From NCBI GenBank assembly GCA_051362555.1, contig CM120640.1, positions 34,429,967 to 34,493,966 on the forward strand: DNA of 64,000 nucleotides, read 5' to 3'. The notes under the pieces were generated by a model. That model saw only the letters and a list, made by a program, of their open reading frames with translations, did no database searches and was not told the origin of the DNA. The position numbers were made by a program, and so were the translations under genes. Shown here piece after piece: positions 52,401 through 64,000 of the stretch; positions within the stretch are counted from its first letter, which is position 1; every line of letters starts with the position of its first letter. This stretch comes from Lingula anatina (Eukaryota; Animalia; Brachiopoda).

Positions 52401-55400
52401 CCACCTCATCGAAACCAAAATAAAAGCCCCAATCTATATCTGCTAGCTCTTGGCCGTAGTCCAATATATTTGTAATGTGCAGAGCTGAACTAAGCCAGTA
52501 CCTATGATTTATCAATAATTAAATGTGTGGTGTCTGTATAAAAAGACCGTTGTGTAGGTTTATTATTCATCAGTGAAAATCAAAGCAAATGTGCATACTG
52601 CTGATAATTCTGAGAAGTATTTGCACTTTTAACTTTGGAAATCTTCTTTTATGGAGAACATTTAAACCAGTTTCTGAAGAAAATGACATTGAAATTAGTC
52701 ATGAATGCTAAATATAATGCAGATCTCGGTAATGACAGAAAGTGCAGGGACGAGTATTCTGCATTTTCTTTTTCAAATCTGAATCAAAGATAGTTGGTGA
52801 AAAGAATGACTGACCTTTGAGCCACTGGCACATGTAACTGCAGGTGTAAAATGAAAGAAAATGTCAACAGTCTGTCTGGAGAAAACTGAACTAACTATTC
52901 GCAAAATGTTAAACTTTCAGCAAGTAAGACTGTCATATTTGAGTAATATTTAATCCAGATTTGAGGAAAGAGGGAATTTAATATCGTCTTGTTTTGGGTT
53001 CGGGATAGGAAACTGAAATCTCATTCTCCCCAGAACAAGGTGCAGAACGAACGATCTCGCAGGATGTAAGAGGTCATAATAGCGTAATAAAAATATTCAG
53101 TTCTCATGAACACCTTTCAGCACTTTTCATTGACATTTCCTTTCAAATGCCAGCTGGTATATAAGTAGAGGTAGAGGATTCATCTTGTTGTCTGGCCCAC
53201 CCAGATATATCTTGTCAGGCCACCATGACATCATCGACATATTTGGACACTATGCAGATTTTGATAACCCTTTTTTACAGCAAGATACACTCAATGTGCA
53301 TACTTTTTATTTGAGTCAGAAGTTTAAATAAGACTTGTCAGTAATGTAAACCTAGTTCAAATAAGTAAGAGTAATTAAAAATTATGCCAGATGTAGCTAC
53401 TTGGTATATTTTCACAAGACATAATGTACATGGTATCCGTGCATGATGACATCATCTGACATAATGTAAATTGTGGTAACCCTTAGGTACAAGTCATTTC
53501 CGTTGCACGTTTTTTGTCCAATAAGCAAACAAACAAACAAACATAGATAAATAAATTGTGAAATTAATTAATTGATTTAGTTAATTAATTTTTTTAAATA
53601 CTACTTACCTGTAACAAGATATGTCAGAAAATTCAACCAAGTTTTAGAAAAAAATTCAAAAATTCAATGAAATATTTTCATTCACTTAATTTGATGTATG
53701 TAAATTTTAGTTATGAACTGTATATATATATTATTTTACTTGCATAAACCCAGGGTACCTGCAAGGCCATAACAATCTGAAAGCTTAGGCATCCTAGCTA
53801 CTAATGGAGAAATACAACATTGATTAATTGGACCATAAACCATACTATTCCATTTGTTTTGTATTGGCTTTTTTTTTTTAGTAGTTGTTGTTGCCTGCCC
53901 TAAATTGATAATGGTAGTGATTTAGCTTTACTTATTATGCTGTGGGAATTTTTTCTTATTCAGGAAGAGACGGTAGAATATCCCCTATAGCATGAAGTCA
54001 TTTTTTTTTTTGTTAACTGTAAAATCCTCATTCTCATTCTAATCTGTAGATATAGTAGTATAGCAGTCAGTTTTTTCCCCACCTAATTAAGAACTTTTCC
54101 TCTGACACTCGCATTCTAATCTGTAACATGCATGGTAACTGGATTTTTCCACCTTTCACGAAAGTTGTACAGGATTGACATCATGAAACCTTTTTATGTC
54201 AAATGGAAATAAATGGATGCAGCAAAACTAACAGATACTGTTGAAACAGTCAGATGTATTTGGCCAAATCATCAATATTTGTCTACAGCAGTGTGGAAAG
54301 TTTTCAGGATTATTAACATGCTGAAAGCAAAGCAGGCTTATTATTGAACAGCTAAAATTTTGTCCATGCAGATTAGATTTGCTCTGATTTATATGTGGAG
54401 TATTCACTGGTTTAATATTTTTCTTACATTTATTATATGGAATAGCTATGATGATGCTGAAATATATTGTATAACCTTGCTTTTGCCGTCTTCCTCTTGC
54501 TCTACCATATTTTAAGAATTTGTTCCCTAAAATGAAAACATCCCACCATGTATGAAATTTTAGACATGCATCAATGGCTTATGTAAATAGCCTCAAAGAA
54601 AAGGCCAAATGGAATCAATTCTGTGTCATTTAGGCTCTATTCCCATAGATTTTAGATCGATCTATCTCCGCGGGGAGTCTCACTAGATTACTTTCAGATA
54701 ATCCGACTTAAATGTCCGTCCCGCCTACTACAAGCTGTAAGAGGGTAATTAACTTTCGTGTCCGCCCGGCTGACAGCTATTTAGCGTGAACCCCCAGGGA
54801 GTTAGGTCGATCTAAAGTAGGTCGATCTAATCTATGGAAATGGGGTGTAACATATAGAATATATATCTAGATTTCACTGGCAATACTTAAGAGTTAAATT
54901 TTAGAAATGCACCAACATGTGGTTAAGTATTCTGTGTTTGAAAAGAAAAATCGTACTTAACGATTGAAATACGACAAATGAAATCCAAAATGATAATGAC
55001 ATATGTAGTATATATGTCTCCTGTTTGTCATTCATTTGTTTTAAATTCAGGATCTATTGTTAGTCATAGAATTTATGTACTATGTCTTTCTTGTTTTCTA
55101 TCTAATAATTCCTTAATATGAAATCAAAGAGGTGTTGTGCTGCCACACCGCACATTAAGCTTTTCCATTCTTTTCTGTTTTGTGCCAAAGCCTGAGTTTG
55201 GGTGTGTCCATTCTAAGTCTTTAATGTCATTGTTCAATAGCTACATGTCACACCTTCAACTGTGCCTTGGAGCATTACATTCTGAAAACCGATCTTATCA
55301 TATGTCTGTACCATCAGAGCTTTCTTTACCTCTATGAGAAGGTTGTCACATTGTGAATCTTGATGGTTTTTATTATTGATTTGGTTGTAATAAACATCTA

Positions 55401-55943
55401 AAGTAAAAACACAAAGATGTATATCTACGCATTTATGAAATGCACCATTTGGACTAAAATGATTTCAGTAGCACTTTATATCAGTAGATAATGCAATAAA
55501 TATAAAAGAAAAGTATTTATAAATTTGTATTCCTCTCTCCCAACACACACACTCTCTCATACATGCACGCACACGCACGCATACACATTTTAAGATCACA
55601 TAACTTTCGGGTGATACACTTTTTCTAAAAAAGATTTTTCTCTAGTTCCCCCTAATAGTTATATAATTGGAAGCAACTCCCATTACCACCAGAAATCATA
55701 AAATTAATGCAATCATATAAGAGAGCAAAAATTCAATAAAAATCTTAACAATGTTATGAATAACAAGACCTACTTTTTTGTTCTCAGGTATTATTGGTAA
55801 CCAGTAAGAAGAGTCCAGACCTCTGGGTGGTCCCTGGGGGTGGCATAGAACCAACAGAAGACCCCAGGGTAGCGGCAGAGAGGGAGTGTTTTGAAGAAGC
55901 AGGAGTAAAGGGGGCTGTGAAGAGGAAACTAGGTGTTTTTGAG
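46074..55943 (+). CDS. NUDT3: Diphosphoinositol polyphosphate phosphohydrolase (DIPP, NUDT3/NUDT4-like Nudix hydrolase), 5' part; later exons not found in the window
   Basis: Exon 46074 (or 46089)-46187 encodes MVKEKPNSIRTYDEDGFRRRGACVCFKDESEEE|gtgag. Exon 55788-55943 encodes VLLVTSKKSPDLWVVPGGGIEPTEDPRVAAERECFEEAGVKGAVKRKLGVFE|gtacg, with a full Nudix box. Both junctions are phase 0 and match the DIPP N-terminus (RTYDxDGxxxRAACxCF). Confidence 0.93.
46582..46796. mobile_element. Degenerate MITE in DIPP intron
   Basis: cccctttacactggatggtgtcatttctgcatcc and ggatgcagaaaggatgctgtccattgtaagggg form inverted ends. Confidence 0.55.
49865..50709. mobile_element. Helentron-associated non-autonomous element in DIPP intron
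   Basis: Starts actaga after a T run. 5' ggattcccc matches the 3' hairpin attcccctatggggaatcc. Repeated tgaccttgaaaa..ggtcaaggtca palindromes and an (aat)n tract near the end. Confidence 0.65.
54632..54848. mobile_element. About 200-bp MITE, same family as 40143-40341
   Basis: attcccatagattttagatcgat ... gtcgatctaatctatggaaat, with a shared interior. Confidence 0.75.
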
Positions 55944-58599
55944 GTACGTATCTAGCTGCCATTACACACAAATAGATGATGTCTTGTGAAAAGGCAAGCA
56001 CACAGTTTCAGCATAGAGAATGCAGTCAGACTAGTTGATTGTATTACATCTTGTGGATATTCAACAGGTACAAGCATGCAGGTTGGTTACCAGTATCAAT
56101 GGTAAAGGTCATAAAAGTGATCAGGTGAGGAGCATGCCACCTCCAGTCATGAATCTACAGTATACTTTGTTCATTCAGGTGGCACACTGCTGGGCTGGTG
56201 CCTGTCTAATTACTCCATTCGAACAAGTACCCAAATTTTCTATCCTAAATTTGAATTATCACCAACAAGACACTTCAGAATGTTGTTTTGTTTTCTGTTG
56301 GTGTGTACATGGTGATACACCTACTCTTTGTAAAATTGTGTGCTTCACAAAAACACTGGTCCTAGAAAATCGAAAATTATTTGTCTGCTGTTTTTACCTG
56401 TAGTAAACTGAAGTGGTATCCCGTTAAAGTTTTCAAAGTGAGGGATTTTTCCTGATCATGTCATTGCACATCAAAACTCTTGATGTATAAAAGGTGTATG
56501 TAAAGGTGTTCTTTTAAGTCATGTTTAAATCACTTGCTAAGCAGTGTTATTTTTCCAGGGTAGGTATCTTTGGATCATCCATATCGGACTCTTCAGTTTA
56601 CATGAACGCCTCCTTTTTGCCAGTTTGTCTCTCATTAATGTGATTGATGATTATAAGTGTAAATCATACACCGTATTGCAGAAATGAAAAGAAATATTTT
56701 TTATTTGTGAGATTTTATAAATTTTGTTTGTTATATATTTATTTTTATCAGTGATACCTAGTGTTCCATTATTACAAAGTTTTAGATGGTGACAGAGAAC
56801 AAATTACCAGCTAGCAGAAAGAGCATTTTATTCATAAGCATATTAGATTTTTCCCATTACAGTACTTCTGATCTTTTAACCTTAGCAGTGACATGTGAAT
56901 TTCATGCATACTATAAAGTATATTTCTTGGTCAATGGAATGTCTAAAAGCACTCTGCTTCTATTTGATCAGTGATATATAGTATAGTCATCTTTTTTTAC
57001 CAAAGGGATAATATCACATTTGGGAAATACAATATGGGATGAACTAGTTTCCCTTGCACCATTAGCTTAGTTTAAGCTAAAGCCCAGGGATTCTAAAACA
57101 TAGTTGATAGTTAATATTATAGCAGTTTAGTTGAAAAGAAACTTGACATTACAGTCAACGTATGTTGTCTGTTGAACTTAATTTTTGCATCCCAAACTCA
57201 GCTGAAGTTAAGCCTTGGTGTTTTTGGATTAAGTAAATGCCAGTTGGGACTCATTCCTGTTGAAACTGTCAGTCTACATAGATTGCTCTAACTCCGTCGG
57301 AAACACTCGTGAACAGCATCAAACACCAGATTATTAGGCCTCCTCCTGGTGTTGAATACAATTTGGAAAAGCTGGCAATTATACAAGTATGTTGGAAACA
57401 TGATTGCATTCAGCAGGAGTCCCTGTGGAGTGGGAGGGATCTACGTACACTAATAGTCTCAATGGGAATGAGCCCCTAGACATATCATTTGTTTTAGGAA
57501 CCAGTTTCAACCAGAAGATGGTAAAGAGAAATGCAATTAAACTGCCTTTTATTTCTCCCATGAGAGGTTTGATCACCTGGAACAGTCGATTCCATTCATT
57601 TAAGATAACACTGACTTGTCCGTTTAGTCTTCCAAATGAGACAGCAGCTAGTAGTAGAAGGAGGAAAAGCCTGCTTACAAACAACTGGGTGTTCAAGAGG
57701 GATTCTGTATATACTTAAGTTGTTCTCAGGGTCATGTCTGTTTACTTTTTTTCTTTAAACCCTTCTTTCTTTTGCATCTGACGGATGTATTTTCTCATAG
57801 AAGACTGAAGAACTTCTAGAGTTTGTGTGGATAACTTGTCTATTTAGTTGAAATCATTTGTGAAGATATGGTTTTATGTTCTCATCGGTTCTTTATAGTC
57901 ATCTTCAATATAGTTTTTGCAGAAATATGTTTAAGTTTTAACTTCAGAAAAAAGATATATGATCACAAACTACTTCCCTCTCTCCCCCATTAGCATTCCT
58001 TCCACAAAATCCATCATCCATTTTATTAAGAATATTCAGAACTATAGTGGGCTGACAGAACCATGGGGTATACTCAAATGTCAATTTCCTGAAGTTGAAG
58101 CTAAAACAGATATTGTTAGATGTCTCCTGAGCACAACATTTTCCTCCCCAAAGCTAGATAAAGAGTGGATTGTCTATCTATAGAAGCCCTTTTGCATAAT
58201 GTTCTGTTCTAACCTCAGAAAGGATGCGTACAAGAATGTAAACACAATAATGGTTCTCTTTGTGGTAAAGAATGCCTGACAATATATCCTTCTCCTAGCC
58301 TCTTCCTGTCCCTAAATGAGGGCCTTCTTTTAAATGGTAAATTGATGTTCCTATTCTGAGATTTGTGTGACCTTATCACATACTGTCATTGTGTCCTGAA
58401 GGATGTCACTTTAGTAATGCTGCTATAGGATCATTGCGTATTATTTGACATGTAGTGACTTGTGGTAGATACCATATGTGGGGCTGCTTTGTAATTTGGC
58501 AGTGATAAAAACTCACCATGAATATGACTTTACTCACGTTGGCTTTGAAAAAAGTTGCTCCAATTTTTAAGTAATTGCATTGTGATATAATGCACTTAA

Positions 58600-58900
58600 A
58601 GGGACCATGTATATAAGATTGTCTTTTCTGTAGTATTTTTAAATTTTATTTGTGGGTAGCTGAGGGTTAAATAATGAAAATAATTTCAGTTCTCCAGAAT
58701 AGAATTTTATAAATTTTAATGTGGAGTGAAATGGGAGGAATATGTGTAACAGTTCACTTGGACAAGTTAAAAATTATGGAAGTATATTCATCGGATATGT
58801 CTGAGTTTGGAACTAGATAAAGTACTAAAAGATCATGGAGGTCCCATGGCAGTTTTGCTCACTTAATTTTTTACATACAAATCCCATGTACGTGGTTCCT
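58600..58900. mobile_element. TTAA-target MITE (Kolobok-like)
   Basis: ttaa|agggaccatgta ... tacgtggttcct|ttaa. Confidence 0.65.
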
Positions 58901-59883
58901 TTAACCACATTCTTTGTTAATGGACCATTGGGAGGATATCAATTAGACTGTTTGTGTGAAGGCCACTAGTGGCAAGCTGATAAAAAAAATCCCCATTGGT
59001 AATCTACTGTACATGTTGTCAAACGTTACATCCATGCCTCCGGTTCTTTGGTCCCTTTAGGTTTCATGAATATCCATGTCTTGCCTTATGTAGACAAAAC
59101 TGTTTTGGGTTATCGTGTATGGATATCTGGTTTATCACGTTGAAGATGTTCAAAGATTTAGTTGGAAGGAATCCATCCCGTAAGGTCTCAGTATGTGAAT
59201 GTACAGCCATAATGGTCTCTGGGTAGTTTGGTTTTGGGCTCCAGATGGCTTGGAGGGCAGTTTAGGGAAAATGAATTTGTGAAAAATACATGATCTATGG
59301 ATCTGCTAAATAATGAAATACAGTGCAAAGGATTTAATTTTTCGAGTTTGCCATTGGGTATTGGAAAGGAATTTTATAAAAAAATATCTTAACTGATATT
59401 GACCCACCCATATCATTGTTCTTTGGGTTTATTAAATGACCTAGCATTTTCTTTTTCAGGACTGGGGATGGTGGATCGTGCTCTTTTGAAAAATACAAAT
59501 GAAAAGTGTGAAAGGTGGGGGGGGAAATAGCCAAGAAACCAAATCATTTGGCTCTGATGACCCCTTGGCATGTTTCCATCACCAACCCCAATAGTCGAAT
59601 GAATCTCACTTGTATGTAATCATTGCATCTGAATAAAGGCATTTTCATTTCCAGTCCATCTTGAACCGGGATTGTGTTTGGGAAGTTATCATTTCCTTGC
59701 CGAGATGTTCAGGGATTTCATGCAACAAAAGGCGCACTATTGTATTACTTGGAGTTCATAGAAGTAGGGTTATGGCAGGAAATTAAGATTTCTTTTTATG
59801 ATATCAAGGATGGAAATTGTCCTTTTTTTATGAGTGAAGAGAAGTTATGGGAGATTTGTTTAGTTATTAGTATTATGAAACAT

Positions 59884-59914
<31 letters not shown>

Positions 59915-62687
59915 TGTTTGATAAGAGGCTTTTAAACAAATAGTTTTTCCAGCAGAATAGATTTTAAAGGGCTTTAGCTCAGTAGTTAGTGGCTCCTACT
60001 GAGTATAGACGACAGTGACAGATATTACCTCCCATCCCAACTCAACTTAAAACTGGGCACTGCATATAAAAAAGGCATTGGCTCTCTTTGTCTGTGTGAC
60101 TTGTAAAACACCTTTATTGCAGCATCTTCTAAGATTAAAATGAATTTGTGCAAAATTATTTCAGATTTAAGTATCAGATTTCATAAGGCACCAGTTATTG
60201 AATAGAAGGAAATAGAAATAGGAACAAAATCAATCGTCATTTCCTTAAACATCATGAAAATTTAAAGTTTATTGGGATGACAACAGCACCAGCAACACTG
60301 TATTCCTGTGGTTTTCCATTACTGGTAAATTTACAAGCATGCATATGTATTATGCAACGCTGTGACATATTACGCTGTATCGATTACGGTGTTTGGATTT
60401 TGGTACCTGGAGTAGAATTCAAATGAGAAATCAGCCATGTGTTTATATTTATTCAGAACCTGCTTTAAAGGTAAACGAGTATTGAATAACACCTCCTGTG
60501 AGTGTCCTATATGTAGTGCTCCAGGCCCAATTAAAAGTAACAAAAAGAAAAAAAAAAATTATCTTGGTGTAAACATGAGTTACCTCAGGAGCCAACTCAC
60601 AAGTGAGGAATATTGACCGTACATCTTCAATTTTCTCAGTTGATATGGCTGAAAATATTTTTGGGTATTTGGCCGAGATAAGTTATGGTATTAGTGAGTT
60701 CAGGTATTGGAAAAGAATCTCATCAATGTGGTACTACTTGCTCTAGTACATGTAGGAGGGTAGCACAGAGTTCTGAGCAGGTTTCAGGCTCATTGAAATC
60801 CAAATGCATTAGGCTGGCAAGCATTCAATCACAACATTGTTATCAGGTGAGGAGTAAAATGTCAACAATTTATTAGAAAGCAAAGTGGTGGAAAGGTAAA
60901 AGTAGAGAGAGAGCTCCCCGTTTTTGAATTGCTCAGTGGCATTTGTACTGGTTTAGAGTGATTGTAGGTAAAAGCAAGGGCGGTAGTCTTTCACTGTCTT
61001 ATGTCAAGGATATCCTGTACAAGACAAGACCACATTTTTCAAGATACCTATACACAGAAAAATGGGAAGTTTGTTGCATTATAGTCAAGGAGAGACTCAG
61101 ACTGCAACTTGATTGGCCAACAGGATTGTTCCAAACTTTGTTTAAAAGATAATGGATTAACATAAAAAAAGGAAAAGAAATAATAAATGCAGTATTTTGG
61201 GATGGATGTTTGGAATTTGATTATTGCAAATTTTGGTATATGGAAGCACAATAGTAGGCTTATATGAAAACAATGAAACCACTTGTAGTGGTAAAAATGT
61301 GAGACAGGTGTAGATAGACAAGGTGGTGTTAATAAATAAACCGTAATAGATTAGATTGGAGGGGGGGGGGGAGATTTTGTGGAAAATAAAGAATATGATT
61401 GGATTTCATTTTTCTAATTAAAAAATGTCAGTAAATTCACTTTGTAAACCAGGATATCAATCAAAATATTAACCTATTAAGTGAATTGCAGGGAGAATGT
61501 ATTACCAATTACGGGAAGCTTGAAATGACTGGCTATTGGCTGCACTAAAGCACTGATATTATTGATGTAGAAAAGTGCCAGGATGCAGACTAAACAAGGA
61601 CAGTCACCATTTTGCCAGTGAAAGTGTATTGATGCTCTGGCTTTTGCTTTGACAACCTGGCTTGTCATGTTTGGCCAATTTTTATAGTATTTATATTTAA
61701 TATATTTATAAATTTGTCCTTGCCCAACTAAGGCCAGTGGAAAAAATGATCATCATTAATGGTGTATAGATTTGTCATTAGCAGACACTCGCAACAAAGT
61801 ACTTCCTGACAAGAAGAAAAAACTTGAATCATTATTTTAATGTATTAGAGAGAAAATTTTTAATTCATGTTGGTTTGTGTTATTGAATAATTACCGTAGG
61901 GTGCATAGCCACATTAATGTCAGTGTTGAATTGGAATTCATAGAAGTTGAAGGTTCTTTACCCTGACATTTGATAGTACCACCTTGCCATACTGAGGGAA
62001 TTGCATGAGCAGCTTTCTCATGTGTAACCTGTACCTCATGCTAGAAATTAGTCTGCCATTTGTATTCGTTGAACAAGTTGCGATTATAAGAAGAATGTTA
62101 TAATGTCTGTATTTGTAAAACATTTGCCAAATGCTTAGGATGATTTATTTTTGGTTGGTTGGCTAAAGATATGAAAAATATCTGATTGTCATTAGGGCTT
62201 TCCTTTTGAGATTATTTATTGATTTGATAGAAACTTGAATTAATGACTAAAACCAATAGCTTTCAAGAATTTCTATTTTTACATCTGAAGCCACCACTTC
62301 TTAAGATTGATAATCATTTTTTGGGGTGTGTGGTGGTGTTGAGAGGGGGGAGGGGTGTTACCAATAACTGATTTAAATTAGGTAAATTTAACTTGATATC
62401 TATACTTTTGAGAGGTGTATGTATTATCTATCAAGGAATTAGATATCTAACATATGTTTGATTTTTTAGGTCTCTGCAAAAATCTCCTTGGATTGAATTT
62501 AGGAACAGAGGAACAGAAAACACATCCAGTGCCATGATTAATTTTATTAAACTATGAATATTTAACAATCTTGGCAACAGTCAAGTGCTTCACTCCTAAT
62601 GGATGCAGGAAAGGTGTTCTTGACTGAAAGCTGGAGAATGTATGAAAACACATACATGTTGGCAGATAAATGTGAGGGTGTATGTGT

Positions 62688-62688
<1 letters not shown>

Positions 62689-62726
<38 letters not shown>
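62689..62726. repeat. (CA)n microsatellite
   Basis: Directly visible repeat; another CT/CA tract lies at 46441-46510. Confidence 0.9.
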
Positions 62727-62727
<1 letters not shown>

Positions 62728-64000
62728 TCACACAATTGTTCATAATCCTCATATGTCTGTGTCATCACACACCTCAGCGGAACTTGTTGTTTTCAGATTT
62801 AAAAGAGTGGAAATGAGACGGGAGCTGGGAATGGAAGCCACTGGCCAAAAGGGTTCAGATTGGCAAATACGTTAATGTGTGGGTTAATGATTTTAGACCA
62901 AGGCTCTGTGTTCATGACACAAATATTCATAGCACTTAATACACGATACATCAGAATTAAAATTGAGATCATCATCATCAGTTTCTGTGCTGCATGAAAT
63001 AATCCAGTTTGGTTTTGCGAACTTTTACGTAGTAAACCCCAGACACCAATTAAGCATGGAATTCGGATTTTCTAGGTAAGGATACAAGTGTGCTTGTTGC
63101 CATGGAAAGGTCTTGTTTTCTAGTGTCATACTGTCATATTTCATATGAAAAAAATATTATTCAAACCAGATTCATTTCATGATATATCTGTGTATGCCTT
63201 GTGAAAGTATAGTGTTCATTTACCAGAGCCATGAGAAATTTGGACAATGTTCAGATGTTTAGATTATCAGGAAAATGTATGTTATAATGGTTCTTTTCTC
63301 AAATTAGCCATTGATTCGACTATCCATAATTTCACTCAATTTGACTAAATTGATTCGTGAGAGAGGCAAGAGAGATAATTAGTACTGTCAGCCAATTGGA
63401 CGAATTAAGACAATTATGTTGCCCTCATGGCTGCGTATGATGTTCTTATTGGTGAATTTGAACATTACGCAGGTCAATAACCAGAAAATATCTCAAAAAT
63501 GCGTTCATATGCAAGAAAACGGTGAAATTATTTCCTGAATTAGCTGCAACTGGAGCAATCATTGCAGCCACTGGGATTTCAGCACTAAGGAATGAAACAA
63601 GTAAACAAACAGCAACAGCATAAAACAAATAATGTATATATCTATACAAATTGTCCAAAAAGGTGTTAGTTTAGGTATTTTCTATACAAAACTTAAAACC
63701 ATTTGTTCCCAGGTATCTCGGTGGTAGCCCAGCAGACGAGAGCTAAAACGTAAACCAAGATGGCCACTGAGGAGAGCGGGGGGGCAGACACTACTGCCAA
63801 GCCAATAGATGAACAATCCTAGAAATTATTTATGTAATCAAGTGAAGAAATGTGTGAGTTAGGTTTTCATTTGGAACAGAAGAGGTTAAATTGATCATGG
63901 ATAGTCAGTATAACGAAGAAAGATGATTATATTTTCTCCCCACAGCAATGCCTGCATGGACAAAATCTCTAGAGGCCTGCCACACAGACGACGATGATTG

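Noticed and set aside
55696-56001. 101-aa minus-strand ORF
   Set aside because: Antisense shadow of the DIPP Nudix-box exon.
57379-57718. Overlapping 104-105 aa ORFs on both strands
   Set aside because: Non-ATG starts, no recognisable motif and no splice support; they lie inside a DIPP intron.
59968-60010. tRNA gene starting gggctttagctcagtagttag
   Set aside because: A-box only, with no B-box or cloverleaf.
62503-62541. EQRNRKHIQCHD as DIPP exon 3 (resembles NQERKHRT)
   Set aside because: It hits a stop after 12 codons, has a poor acceptor and lacks the expected RTxVY...WED motif. The real exon is probably beyond the window.
63446-63810. Hydrophobic 70-aa ORF and nearby CAAGATGGCC start-like motif
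   Set aside because: TTG start with no family motif; the ATG frame at about 63760 closes after 15 codons.

Overview
AT-rich animal (invertebrate-type) genomic DNA with spliceosomal introns and many transposon relics. There are two gene groups. (1) A cluster of three 9-exon paralogues encoding SABATH/Methyltransf_7-type SAM-dependent methyltransferases: A (minus, 9395-16041) and B (minus, 18963-25554) are intact, while C (plus, 26225-31006) is head-to-head with B and carries five indels, all in homopolymer or dinucleotide runs. (2) An inositol hexakisphosphate kinase gene (IP6K, minus, CDS 34735-39507, with a U12-type intron) lies head-to-head with a diphosphoinositol-polyphosphate phosphohydrolase gene (DIPP/NUDT3-like, plus, exons 46074-46187 and 55788-55943, 3' exons not found in the window). 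The enzyme that makes 5-IP7 and the enzyme that hydrolyses it are therefore divergently transcribed, with their inferred 5' exons about 2 kb apart. Introns hold Tc1/mariner relics, a LINE 3' end, Helentron-like elements, many MITEs and a degenerate hammerhead ribozyme motif. All exon models were spliced and translated by hand; no database searches were run.
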